From NCBI GenBank assembly GCA_951406725.2, contig OX597830.1, positions 31,558,001-31,622,000 of the forward strand: a DNA stretch of 64,000 nucleotides. Reading direction: 5' to 3'. The notes under the pieces were generated by a model that ran no database searches, was not told where the DNA came from, and saw only the letters and a program-made list of their open reading frames with translations. Of the stretch, positions 1-12,640 are shown one piece after another. The stretch's first letter is position 1, and every line of letters starts with the position of its first letter. This DNA is from Octopus vulgaris (taxonomy: Eukaryota). The translations under genes were made by a program, and so were the position numbers.

Positions 1-182
1 TTTTATCATAGAGAAAAACCTCAATTAGAATGCTTCTTAATCCCACCGGTCAAAGCAGGATTACGCACACGCACACACGCGTACATGTATATACATATAT
101 ATGTACAAAGATATTTACGTTGATATGCATATATATATATATATATATATGTACATACATACATATATATTTATATATATAT

Positions 183-223
<41 letters not shown>

Positions 224-539
224 GATATGTGTATGTAGGTATATTACTGTACGCATTTATACAATACACAAGTGTGTCTAAATATATATATACAGAGAGA
301 GAGAGAGAGAGATACATACACATTTATTAGACTAATGCATATATATCCGTATTCATATATAATTGTAACTGCATATATGAATATATACTCATACCCGCAT
401 GTGATTATAATACATACACGTAAAAAAACCTGTACATATATGCATCACATACACATGTATACATATATGTATGTATATATATATATATATGCATATCTAT
501 ATTGATATTTATCTATCTAGCAATCTATCTATGTATATG

Positions 540-590
<51 letters not shown>

Positions 591-1363
591 TAGGTTTGGA
601 GATGATGTATGTTTGTATGTATGTATATGTACATATATGCATATGTATATATATGTGTGTGTATATATATAAGTATTTGTTTAAGTATATATATATATAT
701 ATATATATATATGCATAAGTAGATGTGTGGTTGTAGGTCTGGGTGTGTTCACAGAGGGTCATTGATGTTGGTTAATAGTCGGTGTATGCGATGGAGGTCT
801 ATTAGCCAAAATTAGCCATAATTTCACTAACATTGGTCATCTTCCCTTTCGGTAAATGTCTTTCTTTTTCGACTCTTCATTCTATCATTTCTATGCGGTC
901 AGGCAAAATAGATTTACTGTGCTTTGCAGTCTCTTCCACCACCACCACCACTGCCACCTTCACCACCACCACCACCACCATCACCACCACCACCATCATC
1001 GCTCTCATTTTGTTTGTGCATCTCTTTTTAATCTTTCTTTCCTCATCCCTGTTTCTTGCAACATATATGTATGTATAGATGTATTTACGCATATATGTAT
1101 GTATATATGTATGTATGTATATGTGTGTATGTATGTATAGATATATATATATATACATACACATGCATGCACATATATATAATACATATATATGTGTATA
1201 TGTGTGTATGTATGCGTGCATATTTTGCATTCGTTTTAGCCAAGCTGGCCTGGGTTGGCTGGGACCACTATTTTCTTAACTCAGCATCATGCAGTCCTCT
1301 GGCTTGCCAGTGCTTGTGAAACCATCCAACCCATACCAGTATGGTAAAACAAACGTTGAAGGC

Positions 1364-1430
<67 letters not shown>

Positions 1431-1455
1431 GATGGGGATGATGATGATGGTGATA

Positions 1456-1495
<40 letters not shown>

Positions 1496-1604
1496 GGAGG
1501 AGGAGGAGGAGGAGGAGGAGGATGGTAAAGGTATAAACACGCGTTGCTTTTTTGTTTCTCTTGCTGTTTAGCAGTCTGTGAATCTCTATCAAACTATCTG
1601 TCTA

Positions 1605-1635
<31 letters not shown>

Positions 1636-1762
1636 CTCTGTCTGTGTCTCTCTGTCTCTCTTTCTGTTTATCTTGCTATCTCTCTATCTCTATCTCTCTC
1701 TTTGTCTCACTCACTCTCTTTCTCTTTGTCTTGTTCTCTCTCCCACTCTCTCTCTTTCTTGT

Positions 1763-1801
<39 letters not shown>

Positions 1802-2395
1802 GTCTGTCTGTCTATCTATCTATCTATTTATCTATCTATACATCTAGCAATTGCTCTATCTAACGATTTATTTAATTAGACATGAATCTGTGTATGTATT
1901 TATACATCTATGTATGTATGCATGTATGTATGTAGGTACATCTGCATGTATCTACATACCTGTCTTTTTATCTATTTCTACCTATGAATCTAATCTATTT
2001 TATTACACTACACACACATACACTACACACACATACACACACATACACAAACACACATGCGCATGCACACACACACACTGCCACCTCCACTGGCACACAC
2101 ATTACCATTATATTACATTTACCTCTAAATGTATCATCTTACTTCGTCTCATAAATACTAATTAACGCTCCTTACATAGTGCCATTTACCATTACAAACC
2201 ACCACCACCACCACTGCCAGCACCACCACCACCATTTGTTGCCACCATCATCACTCCATTAACACTCAAGCCCCCATTCTACAATTCCATACCACTGAAA
2301 CACCACAACTTCCATCGTTACAGCCATCCATTGGAAAAACCTCAGACAGTTTGTGCTCCTATACACGAAGCCACTACTACTACTACTACTACTAC

Positions 2396-2426
<31 letters not shown>

Positions 2427-2527
2427 GGTGATGATGATGATGATTATACTTGCCTTAAGACACTGGGTGTGTCGTGGCATGTGATTGCATCTGACATGCA
2501 AAATAATAATAATAATAATAATAATTA

Positions 2528-2745
2528 GGACAGCGACCTGGCAGAATCATTAGCACGCCGGGCAAAATGCTTAGCAATATTTTGTCTTCCGCTACGTTCT
2601 GAGTTCAAATTCCGCCGAGGTTGACTTTGCCTTTCATCCTTCCAGGGTCAATTAAGTAAGTACCAGTTACTCAATGGGGTCGATGTAATCAACTTAATCC
2701 CTTTGTCTGTCCTTGTTTCTCCCCTGCATATGGGCAATAAATAAA
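2528..2745 (+). mobile_element. tRNA-headed SINE, family A, Tx1-like tail variant
   Basis: Head GGACAGCGACCTGGCAGAATCATTAGC, B-box-like GAGTTCAAATTCC, central GACTTTGCCTTTCATCC..TAAGTACCAG. The tail GTCTGTCCTTGTTT..GGGCAATAAA resembles the copy at 53539-53768. Confidence 0.8.
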
Positions 2746-2771
2746 TAAATAAATAAATAAGTAAATAAGGA

Positions 2772-3100
2772 TAATCCTTTCTACTATACACACAAGGTCT
2801 GAAATTTGTAGAGAGGGGACTAGGCGATTACATTAACCCCAGAGTTTCACTTGTACTTAATTTATCAACCCTGAAAGGATAAAAGGTAAATTCGGCCTCA
2901 GCGGAATTTGAATTCTCAGAATGTAAAGACAGATGAACTGCCACTAAGCATTTTGCCTGGTGTGTTAACAATTCTAGGTGGAGGGACTGAAAATTTGTGG
3001 TTAGTCACTTCAATTGTTTCCAGTGCTCAGATGGTACCTGTTTCATTGACCCAAAAGGACGAAAGGTAAAGATAACCCCTGCGGAATTTGAATTCAGAAT
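2772..3100 (-). mobile_element. Two partial family A SINE copies
   Basis: GAAAGGATAAAAGGTAAA..GCGGAATTTGAA occurs twice (about 2875-2910 and 3055-3095), the reverse complement of the family A core. Confidence 0.7.
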
Positions 3101-3309
3101 TTTTTAGCACCCTCTCATACATAGTAGTATACAAAGTTTGTGATAACATGAATGATACAGTCCTTCTGATACAGAAGAAACTCCAACCTCACAGATCCAG
3201 GATTATCCTGACTTCTAAAAGTATGAGCCCTTGACCAACTGTTCCTCTCCAATCTACAGCCATTAGAGTAAGGCCATTCACCCATACCATTTTTACCACG
3301 GTCACCCAT

Positions 3310-3510
3310 CATTGGTTTCAAATTTTGGCACAAGGCCAGCAATTGTTGGGGAGGGTGAAGGTCAATTACATCCAACCCAGTACTCAACTGGTAGTTATTT
3401 CAGTGACCCTGAAAAGATGAAAAGTAAAGTCAACTTTGGTGGAATTTGAACTCAGAATGTGAAGATTGACGAAATTCCACTAAGTGTTAAGGGTTCTGCT
3501 CACACCTCCT
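3310..3510 (-). mobile_element. Family A SINE, GCCTTGTGCCAAAATTTGAAACC tail variant
   Basis: TTTCAAATTTTGGCACAAGGCC..GAAAAGATGAAAAGTAAAGTCAAC..GGAATTTGAACTCAGAA on the plus strand. Confidence 0.75.
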
Positions 3511-3529
3511 TATAGTCACCCATCATTAT

Positions 3530-3665
3530 CATTCATTTAAAATCCGTTTTCTATGCTGGCATGGGTTGGACAGTTTGACAGAAGCTGGCAAGCCATAGAA
3601 CTGTACCAAGTTCTATATTCTGCTTTGGTATGGTTTCTATGACTGGATGCTCTTTCTAACACCAA
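3530..3665 (-). mobile_element. RTE-like LINE 3' end (family C)
   Basis: ATCCGTTTTCTATGCTGGCATGGGTTGGACAG..CTGGATGCTCTTTCTAAC is the reverse complement of the family C terminus. Confidence 0.65.
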
Positions 3666-4309
3666 TTCATGAGAAAGTAGCACTTCCTTCTCAACCCCCA
3701 GTTTTCTTTCCAAATGGAAATTAAAAAGTTGAACTTGAGCAAAGAAGATGGTATCTTTCTTTGATCCTTTCTCCCTTGTTCACTGCACAGTTTTTGTCAC
3801 CCAATAGCCACCAGACAGAGGAACACCGTTTGCCCTGCCTTGTCGAATGTGGGTAGAGAAGTGATCTGCACAATGGATTTGTCTGATAGTTGGGTTCCTA
3901 CCACATGCAATAACAGCTGCATGATATAACTCTATTGGTCAGCAATGCTCGGACACTGGAAAAATGTGCGCAGTACAATTTTGTCACTCTGTGCACATCT
4001 CAGACTGCCCTGCCTAGGAGTACTTCCGTACCTATTGAGTTTATCTCAAACAATCAGCGCTTCTCAGCAGCACTGCCAGGCTAGAAATTTCTGGAAGTTA
4101 TTCATAGCAGTACCAAGTGTGAAAGTCCACTGAAACGCTCCAACTAGTTCATCCTCATCAATGCCTAGAAATTCCCTATGAATGTCATTGCTCAAGACTT
4201 CATTATATAGCTAACACAGAAGTTCCACTAACGACATTGCTCGATTGATAGAAAGCAGCGAGCAACCGATAGCGGTCCAAGCACTGATTATAATAATGAT
4301 GATGATGAT

Positions 4310-4605
4310 GATGATAAAGAATTTGGAGGCATGAGAACAATAAAGTCCGTACCTATAATAATTGGTGTGTTGGCTGGGAACAGTAAACAAAGATATAGAC
4401 AAATGGCTGAAGGAGATTGAAATAGAATTCCCTGTACAGCTCCTACAGAAAGTTTGTTTTCTTAGGGACCACAAGGATTATCAGAAGAGTTCTAAGCACT
4501 TGAAAGACTGCTGAAAACTTGTGGATACCTAACAGTTACAAGCAGTCACCTGCTATCCATATAAATCCTACCAGGAATAAGACCGAACCTGAGCCAAACC
4601 AGAAT
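4310..4605 (+). pseudogene. R4/Dong element 3' end (RLE C-terminus plus 3' UTR)
   Basis: Frameshifted VPIIIG..GTVNKDIDKWLKEIEIEFPVQLLQKVCFL/GTTRIIRRVLST* matches the Dong C-terminus (IPVVIGALG..QKIVLMGTAHILRKILS). Followed by (TAA)n. Confidence 0.75.
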
Positions 4606-4629
4606 AATAATAATAATAATAATAATAAT

Positions 4630-4990
4630 GGGGGGAGCATCATAGCCATGTGTGGGGGAGCATCATAGCCATGTGTTGAGAGGGATTCTTTGGGGTTTGA
4701 ATGATTCACCTCTGGAAACATGGGTGTTTCATTCAACATCCTTAAACAACCCTTAATCAGGAACCTTTTGAGTGGGATGGGTTACCCAACCAGAAGAAAA
4801 TTCTAACTGGGCCCCACCCGCAAGGTCATGTGCTGTTTATCTTGATATGAGATCACCATGTCGTGCACATATGGTTGTGATGCATGTGCCTGGTGTACCC
4901 TTATCAGACGGGTAGTCATGATGGGTATACTGGGCTTCGTATATTTGTACCCCAGTGTCACTTTGATGGCATGCACTGCTCTCTCACTCA
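4630..4990 (+). mobile_element. 3' part of non-autonomous interspersed repeat family D, in (TAA)n
   Basis: Flanked by (AAT)n on both sides, with a 23-bp duplication GGGGGAGCATCATAGCCATGTGT at the 5' junction (4631-4653, 4654-4676). Homologous pieces lie at 27690-27915 and 47211-47545. Confidence 0.7.
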
Positions 4991-5089
4991 ATAATAATAA
5001 TAATAATAATATTAATAATAATAATAATGATGATGATGATGATGATAATAATAATAATAATAATGATAATAATAATAATAATAATAATG

Positions 5090-5151
<62 letters not shown>

Positions 5152-5234
5152 AATGATGATGATAATAACAGTGATAATAATAATAATGACAATGATAATC
5201 CTTTCTACTAAAAGCACATTGCCAGCAATAATAA

Positions 5235-5415
5235 TAACTGGTGTTGGTGTGTTTGCATTCCTGTAGCTTAGCAGTTCAGCCAAAGGAACCAATGGAACAA
5301 GCACCAGACTTGAAAAAGAAAATACTGGAGCTAATTCGTTCAGCTAAAACTTCTTTATGATGGTGCCCCAGCATGGCCACAGTCTAATAACGGAAACAAG
5401 TAAAAGATAAAAGAC
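5235..5415 (+). mobile_element. Family B SINE 3' half
   Basis: CTGGTGTTGGTGTGTTT..GGTGCCCCAGCATGGCCACAGTC..GAAACAAGTAAAAGA, as in 18410-18577. Confidence 0.65.
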
Positions 5416-5576
5416 AAATCAATAATAATAATAATAATAATGGATGTATAAAATGGCCAGGAGATTTAGAGAAAGAATCAAGGAGGTGTGTGTGTGTGTG
5501 TGTGTGTATGTGTGTGTGTGAGCGTGGGTGGGGTAGGGCAAGAACTATATTGCACAGCTTGCAATATTGGTAAAAG

Positions 5577-5770
5577 CAAGCGAGCTGGCAGAATCATTAG
5601 CAATGCCAGACAAAATGCTTCATGGCAATTCTTCTGATTTCACATTCCGAGTTCAAATTCCACCAAGGTTGATTTTTGCCTTTTTCACTTTTTCATCCCT
5701 TTTGCAATAAATTAAGTACCAGTTGAGCATTGGAGGGTGGTGGGGTTAGTGTAAGTGACTACCCCTTACA
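5577..5770 (+). mobile_element. Family A SINE
   Basis: GCGAGCTGGCAGAATCATTAGC..GAGTTCAAATTCC..TAAGTACCAG. Confidence 0.7.
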
Positions 5771-6234
5771 CACACACACACTCACACACTCACACATTAC
5801 ATTTTCCTGTGGAAAAACACAAACAGAGAGTCAGAGAGTTAGATGGATAGATGCATAAGCTTATGTGTCCTGAAACTCAATCAGATTTCCTATACAAAAC
5901 TTTGTTTAAAAACAGCATTTATTTTTGGGAATGCTGGAACAATCTGGAATAAATATATCTTCAAGTATATGAACACGCACACGCACACACGCACACAAAG
6001 ACGTGTGTATGTGTGTACACTCTCTCTATATATATATGTGTCTGTATATATGTATATATGTATATACATATACATGGATATATATATATACATACACATG
6101 CATATGTATATATATATGTATATATATGTGTATATATGTATATGTATATACATATACATGTATATGTATATATGCATATACATGCATATATATATATATG
6201 AGTATATATGTATGTGTATATATATGTGTGCATA

Positions 6235-6268
<34 letters not shown>

Positions 6269-6408
6269 CATACATATACATGCATATATATGTATGTATA
6301 TATGAATGTATGTATCTATGTATATGTATTGTCATATGAAAATATATTGAACACTGAATGAATTTATAGAGTAAATACCAATGAAGTTTATGTATGTGTT
6401 TATCAGTG

Positions 6409-6460
<52 letters not shown>

Positions 6461-6794
6461 AATATTGTCTGCTAACAAAAGAACAAATCAAAGGTTATTC
6501 AGTTCAAAAGTTCTGTGGCGTTCGGAGTTCTCCAATATTGATAAAGAAGGAGTAATTCTAGAAAATTCTTTCAACACTTCAAGTTTTTCTTCAGAACTAT
6601 CCAAAAACGGTAAAAATTCTCATCATGAAACACAGTCATTGCTGTTTCATCTATGTATCCAGAGGCAAGCTGGAAGTGCTATTTCTGAAGAAATGGCATT
6701 GCATACTTGCTGATGTTCCATACACACAGACAGGTATGTGCATAAATGTATATATATATACATATATATACATATATATATATATATATGTTTA

Positions 6795-6838
<44 letters not shown>

Positions 6839-6858
6839 CATATATATGCATATATACA

Positions 6859-6909
<51 letters not shown>

Positions 6910-7043
6910 GTAGTGTCTGTGCATATGTATATACACGTCTACTTGTATTTATAATATGTATATCTAAATATATATGATCATCATTATCATCCTAAACTTT
7001 TAACATGCCAACATGTAAGCAGGGATGTTTAATAATGATGACG

Positions 7044-7091
<48 letters not shown>

Positions 7092-7544
7092 AATATATAT
7101 ACATTTATATATGCATATAGATATAAATACATTTATATATATACATATATATATATATTTATATATGTTTATATGTGTGTGTGTATATATGTACATGTCT
7201 GTAGGCATCTGTGTATTTATGCATTGAGGTATTTATGTACCTATGCACATATGTGTGTGTGTGTGTAGGTGATAATGTATATATTCATATATTTACAAAC
7301 ATACATAGATACATACAATCACCACAGGTGTGTATATATATATTTGCATATATATATATATATATATATGTTTGTATGTGTGTGCATATAGATAAATAGA
7401 CACTTTTTAATATAAATATATGTAACTTGAAAGATAAAAATATTATCTTTGCCTTCATCATCATCACCGTCATTCTCATCATTGTTGTCATCATCATCAT
7501 CATCATTGACATCAATATCAACATCATCATTTTCATTATCGGCG

Positions 7545-7835
7545 AAAGCACCATCAAAATGTGACCGATGCCAGTGCCGCCTTGACTGGCTTCTGTACCG
7601 GTGGCACATAAAAAGCACCAACCAATCATGGCCATTGTCAGCCTCCACTGGCACCTGTGCCGGTGGCAGATAAAAAGCACCCACTACACTCATGGAGTGG
7701 TTGGCATTAGGAAAGGCATCCAGCTGTAGAAACACTGCCAGATCAGACTGGAGCCTGGTGCAACCTCTTGGATTCGCAGACCCCGGTCAAACCATCCAAA
7801 CCATGCTAGCATAGAAAACGGACATTAAACGATCA
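7545..7835 (+). mobile_element. RTE-like LINE 3' UTR (family C) with internal TGGCAC.TAAAAAGCAC repeats
   Basis: GGTTGGCATTAGGAAAGGCATCCAGCTGTAGAAACACTGCC..CCATGCTAGCATAGAAAACGGACATTAAACGAT, near-identical to 15755-16002 and 47003-47210. Confidence 0.7.
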
Positions 7836-8274
7836 TCATCAACATTATCATCGTCGTCATTATTGTAATCTTAGTTGTTGTCCTCATAATCAGCGTTGTC
7901 GTCATCATCATCATCATCATCATCATCATCACTATCATCACCATCATCGTCAACACCACCACCACCACCACCATCATCGCCGTCAGTGTTGTCGTCACCA
8001 TCATCATCATCATCATCAGCAACAACCTCACAAGACAAACAGTAAGTCTATTGTGATATATAAATTACTGCTCATTTTTGTCTTTATTTTTCTATTTAAA
8101 AACATCAGCTTCTCAGAATTGCATCACACAATTCCTTAATTCTGAGCTCACCCTCAGATACACACATGCTTGCATCCATCCATCCATCTATCCATACATA
8201 CATACACGCATGCTGAGCTTCCATACCATTCCCCATCTGCCAATTACACTCACAAAGCATTACTCAGCTTGAGA

Positions 8275-8470
8275 TAATCGTAGAAGAGACTTGACCAAGG
8301 TGCTCTGCAATGAGATAGAACTCAAAACCTTGTGGTTACAAGGTAAACTCTGAAACTTACGATCATAGGATCACGGGTTCAATTCCTGGGCCAGATAGCA
8401 TATTACGTTCTGGAGCAAAGCATTTCATTTCACGTAGCTCAGTCTACTCAGCTGTAGATGAGAATTCCAC
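8275..8470. mobile_element. Fragments of tRNA-headed SINEs (family B head on minus, family E on plus)
   Basis: TAGAAGAGACTTGACCAAGGTG resembles the family B head. GGTTCAATTCCTGG..GAGCAAAGCATTTCATTTCAC..CTCAGCTG matches 35745-35825. Confidence 0.55.
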
Positions 8471-8645
8471 TGAATGTTGGTGAAGCTCTCTCATCATCAT
8501 GACACATTCCATGATTTAAAGGTTGGACAGCAAAAAGAGCGTCCTTCTCTCATTTGCAACTACACAGGTACCTAAAGCAATTAATGTAAGTCTGCTAAAA
8601 ACAACTACAATGCATTCACCTATAAGTGATGGCTAAGCCTTAGAA

Positions 8646-9011
8646 TATTGTTTCTTAACCATTTTTTTGCCTATGGATCCCTTCGATTTTTGCTGTACTT
8701 GGATGGACCCTCTTAACCATCTGATGGTTAAGGAACTCCTATTATATTTTATTATTAAATATTCTTGGAAATTGTATAAATATAATTAAAATATTATGTT
8801 TATTGTACAAGTATAACCAAATTATTGCAGACAAATTTCAACAACAAAATTTTACATGAAACCCCTGGGCCGTACAGATGTCCCCACCCCAAGAGCCATA
8901 TCAACCCCACCACTGGGCCATACAGACCTTGTCCAAGAGCCATATGGATCCCCACCAAGGGCCTTATGGAACCCTACAAAAGCTTATATGGACCCTGGTT
9001 TAGAACAACTG
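8646..9011. mobile_element. hAT-type MITE
   Basis: Degenerate TIRs TATTGTTTCTTAACC / GGTTTAGAACAACTG, 8-bp TSD CCTTAGAA (8638-8645) / CCTTCGAA (9012-9019), subterminal CCATATGGA(C/T)CCC-like repeats. Confidence 0.8.
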
Positions 9012-9064
9012 CCTTCGAAGAAGGCATCTGTGTATGCACGTATGTATATGTATGTATGTATATG

Positions 9065-9123
<59 letters not shown>

Positions 9124-9179
9124 GTCAGTTGGTAGAAAGGTGGGCCATGTCAGGTTACTCTTAGTGCTATCAATAACAT

Positions 9180-9535
9180 ATATAACCCAGCCCAATCCAT
9201 TGCATGGTCAGGCCATCAGCAACTAAACTGGCAACCCTACCAACCCTGCTTAATATGGAGGGTGGTTTCTATCTTGGAGACCTTGCAAGTCAAAAAACAA
9301 AACCTGTCAATGGCTGAATGAATTCAATAAAGTCAATGACCATCTAACAGCTTTGGAGTGAGAGACCCCATTGTCTTTGGTTCTGCATTTTTCTAAGTAA
9401 AGCATATTCTGCAATAACACCTGCATCATTGGGAAGCCACAGATTTTGCACTTGCCTTTTTCTGGATCATTTGGTTTTGTCAGTGAGGGAATCCTGGCTG
9501 TGTTGTGCAAGTTGTAATTGACTTTAAATTTCAAC
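9180..9535 (+). pseudogene. Possible very old Dong-type RT remnant
   Basis: ATCTTGGAGACCTTGCAAGTCAAAAAACAAAACCTGTCAATGGC resembles ILEDC..KNLS(I/M)A of the intact element. Heavily degraded. Confidence 0.35.
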
Positions 9536-9536
9536 A

Positions 9537-10050
9537 TACTCTTTTACTCTTTTACTTGTTTCAGTCATTTGACTGCAGCCATGCTGGAGCAGCGCCTCTA
9601 GTCGATCAAATTAACCCCAGGACTTATTCTTTGTAAGCCTAGTACTTATTCTAATGGTCTCTTTTGCCAAACTGCTAAGTTACGGGGACGTAAACACACC
9701 ACCATTCGTTGTCAAGCGATGTTGTGGGGTTGTATAAACACAGACACACAAACATATATATACACACACACATACATATATATATATCATCATCATCCTC
9801 ATCTTCATCCTTATCATCATCATTTAACGTCCGCTTTCCATGCTAGCATGGGTTATATATATATATATATATATACATATATAGGACAGGTTTCTTTTAG
9901 TTTCCGTTTACCAAATCCACTCACAAGGCTTTGATCAGCCTGAGGTTATAGTAGAAGACACTTGCCCAAGGTGCCGCTATGCAGTGGGACTGAACGCAGA
10001 ACCATGTGGTTGGCAAGCAAGCTACTTACCACAAAGCCACTCCTGCACCT
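9537..10050 (-). mobile_element. Full-length family B tRNA/CORE-type SINE with internal (TA)n and a nested RTE tail
   Basis: Reverse complement of 18171-18577 (GTAGAAGACACTTGCCCAAGGTG, GCTACTTACCAC, TTTCAGTCATTTGACTGC). An RTE 3' end sits at about 9785-9855. Confidence 0.85.
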
Positions 10051-10187
10051 TGGGTATTTCTGGCAGATATTGTCTTTAACATTTAAGACAAGATAACTTA
10101 TTCATGATGGTTATATTCATCTATGAGTTGATAGCTTCCATTCAGGTAGGCAGGAAAACAGGTAGATGTGCATGTAAGTTAGTATTG

Positions 10188-10372
10188 CTTTCTTTTACTT
10201 GTTTCAGTTATTAGACTGTGACCAGGCTGGAGCACCACCTTGATGAATTTTACTCCAATGGACTGATCCCAGTACTCTTTGCATTTTTTCGCTAAGCCTA
10301 GTTCTTATTCTACCAATCTCTTTTGCAGAACCGTTAAGTGAGGGACAGAAACACACCAACACCAGTTGTCAA
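10188..10372 (-). mobile_element. Family B SINE 3' half
   Basis: TTTTACTTGTTTCAGTTATTAGACTGTGACC..GCTGGAGCACCACC..CACCAACACCAGTTGTC. Confidence 0.7.
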
Positions 10373-10724
10373 ACAACAAACAAGATGTTCACAACAAACA
10401 AGATGAGGACAAATTTCCGTCAAATATAAATAATGTAAATAATGTTTATTTTCCATCTATCATCATTCTGGACATTAATGAATTAAGTACCAGTAATATA
10501 CCAGGCACAACACATTTTGATCATATTCAACACAGTCATAAAATACATGTACTATGGGGATGTTGTTAAAAAAAAAAATCAATATCTTACTTATCAATAC
10601 ATTCAATAAGTTACACAGAAATGATATTTAATTTTTTTATGAACATTAAAATAATTTTTTAAGAATTCTTTTACAAACTTGATATATATAAAAAAAGAGA
10701 AGTAGCATTTATAATGTGCGAAGA

Positions 10725-11050
10725 TAGTGTTGTTTATTGTCTATGGTGTGTAAAAAGTATGTTTTATAAGGTTTGTGAAAAATGGCGTTGCTTTTAATGA
10801 GTAGAAACGGTGCTGGGTGCTGGGTGTAAAAACTATTTAGCTTTATAGGATATAAAAATAGTTTTATATATTATGTATTGAAGTAGTGATGTTATATTAT
10901 GTATAAAAATTGTGTATATTAGGTCTAAAAATGGTGTTTGTGTATTAAGTGTAAAAATGGTATTTAAAATTTAGTGAAATGTATACATATTGTGTGTAAA
11001 AATGATTATTTTGTGCGTTTGCTTAAAAATGTTTATTATGCATTGTGTTG
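10725..11050. repeat. Degenerate minisatellite, roughly 26-bp period, core TGTAAAAATGGT
   Basis: Recurrent (G/T)GT(A/G)TAAAAA(T)..TATT units, about ten copies. Confidence 0.55.
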
Positions 11051-11196
11051 GAGAATTAGTGGTGAGTTTTATATGCAGAAATGACATAGGATATTAAACA
11101 CATACAATTAGTTATGGTCTATATATGTATATATATATATATATATGTATATCATCATCATCATTTAGCGTCCGTTTTCCATATATATATATATTT

Positions 11197-11262
<66 letters not shown>

Positions 11263-11644
11263 GTACACACATACACACGCACACATATATATATATACTT
11301 ATTTATTTATTTATTTATTTATATACATATATGTAGTAGGAAATGTGTGTACAAATAGATGTACGATTGCTACTGTTATGTAGATAATGTGGCAAAGTAG
11401 ACAATATGTAGATAATACGGCAAATATGTACTTTTCTTGCACAGAGAAAACTCTGTGTAAGAAAAGTACAGGAGGTTCACAACTGAATCGGTTTGGTTTT
11501 TGACCATAAGTATGCTTAATCGAACCTATGGTCAAACATATGTAAAGATGATGTACGAGAAGGCATGTGGACATGAGATAGAAAAGTGTCATCACCACCA
11601 CCACCACCACCACCACCACCACCATCACCACCACCACCACCACC

Positions 11645-11694
<50 letters not shown>

Positions 11695-11811
11695 TCGTCA
11701 TCGTCATCATCATCATCACCATCATTGTCATCGTAACCACCACCACCGCCACCACAACCACCACCTCCACCAGCATCATCTTCATTATCATCATCAATGT
11801 CGTCGTCGCCG

Positions 11812-11851
<40 letters not shown>

Positions 11852-11920
11852 AATCAACAACCTCACAAGAAAAACAGTAAGTCTATTGTGATATATAAAT
11901 TACTGGTCATTTTAGATTTT

Positions 11921-11949
<29 letters not shown>

Positions 11950-11956
<7 letters not shown>

Positions 11957-12275
11957 TGTCCATTTTTCCATGCTGGCATAGCTTGGATAGTTTGACCTGA
12001 GCTGACAAGCAGGAGTGCAGCACCAGGTTCCAGTCTGATCTGGGTTGGTTTCTGTGACGAGATCCCCTTCCTAATGCCAACCCCTTCACAAAGTGTGCCG
12101 AGGACCTTCTGCATGGCACTGGCATGAGTGCTTTTACATCGCACCAGCACAGGGTTCTTTCAGCTCAGTCCTCTTCAGCAGAGGGAGTAGCATTAACTCT
12201 TCTGCTGTGGACGATGGGTCTTCTTGAGTAAGGCAAGACACCAGATATCTCGGTCTTTTGTCATCTTCACCATAA
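11950..12275 (-). mobile_element. RTE-like LINE 3' end including the last coding codons
   Basis: (CAT)n tail on plus, family C UTR, and minus-strand VKMTKDRDIWCLALLKKTH, which resembles the RTE C-terminal DR..WR motif. Confidence 0.6.
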
Positions 12276-12454
12276 GGTTTAGTGTCCCTAGGGGTGATTC
12301 TTCTCCACCCACTCAAATATTGCCTGTTCCTCAGTCAAGGGGGTTTTTCTCTTTCCCACCCTTTCCACTATTATTTTTCTTTTCCTGTCATGCAAGAAAG
12401 ATCCTTGGCAACTGCTGTTGTGCTGGTAGCAAAAATAAAAAAAAAGAAAAGAAA

Positions 12455-12640
12455 ATAAAAGAAAGAAGCACCCAGTAGACACTGTATAAATTGGTTAGTG
12501 TTAGGAAGGGCATCCAAGCATGGAAACTGCACTAAAGCTTACATGGAGCACAATGCAGCTCTGTGACTCATTGGACCCTGTCAAACCACCCAACCTATAC
12601 CAATATGAAAAATGGATATTAAAGGAAGACGATGATGAAC
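12455..12640 (+). mobile_element. RTE-like 3' UTR (family C)
   Basis: GGTTAGTGTTAGGAAGGGCATCCA..CCCAACCTATACCAATATGAAAATGGATATTAAAGG followed by (GAT)n. Confidence 0.65.

Larger units (their letters stand above)
3100..4285 (-). pseudogene. Decayed Tx1/L1-type LINE 3' region, interrupted by SINE and RTE insertions at about 3310-3665
   Basis: Minus-strand translation LGIDEDELVGAFQWTFTLGTAMNNFQKFLAWQCC*EALIV*DKLNRYGS..RCAQSDKIVLRTFFQCPSIADQ and FNFHLERKLGVEKEVL align with the intact ORF at 23713-24876 ([44 protein letters not shown]). Contains stops and frameshifts. Confidence 0.8.

Noticed and set aside
6460-6720. SSR-free segment that looked like an exon
   Set aside because: Only short open frames with no recognisable domain and no convincing splice-site pair; it may be an old TE remnant, but I cannot assign it.
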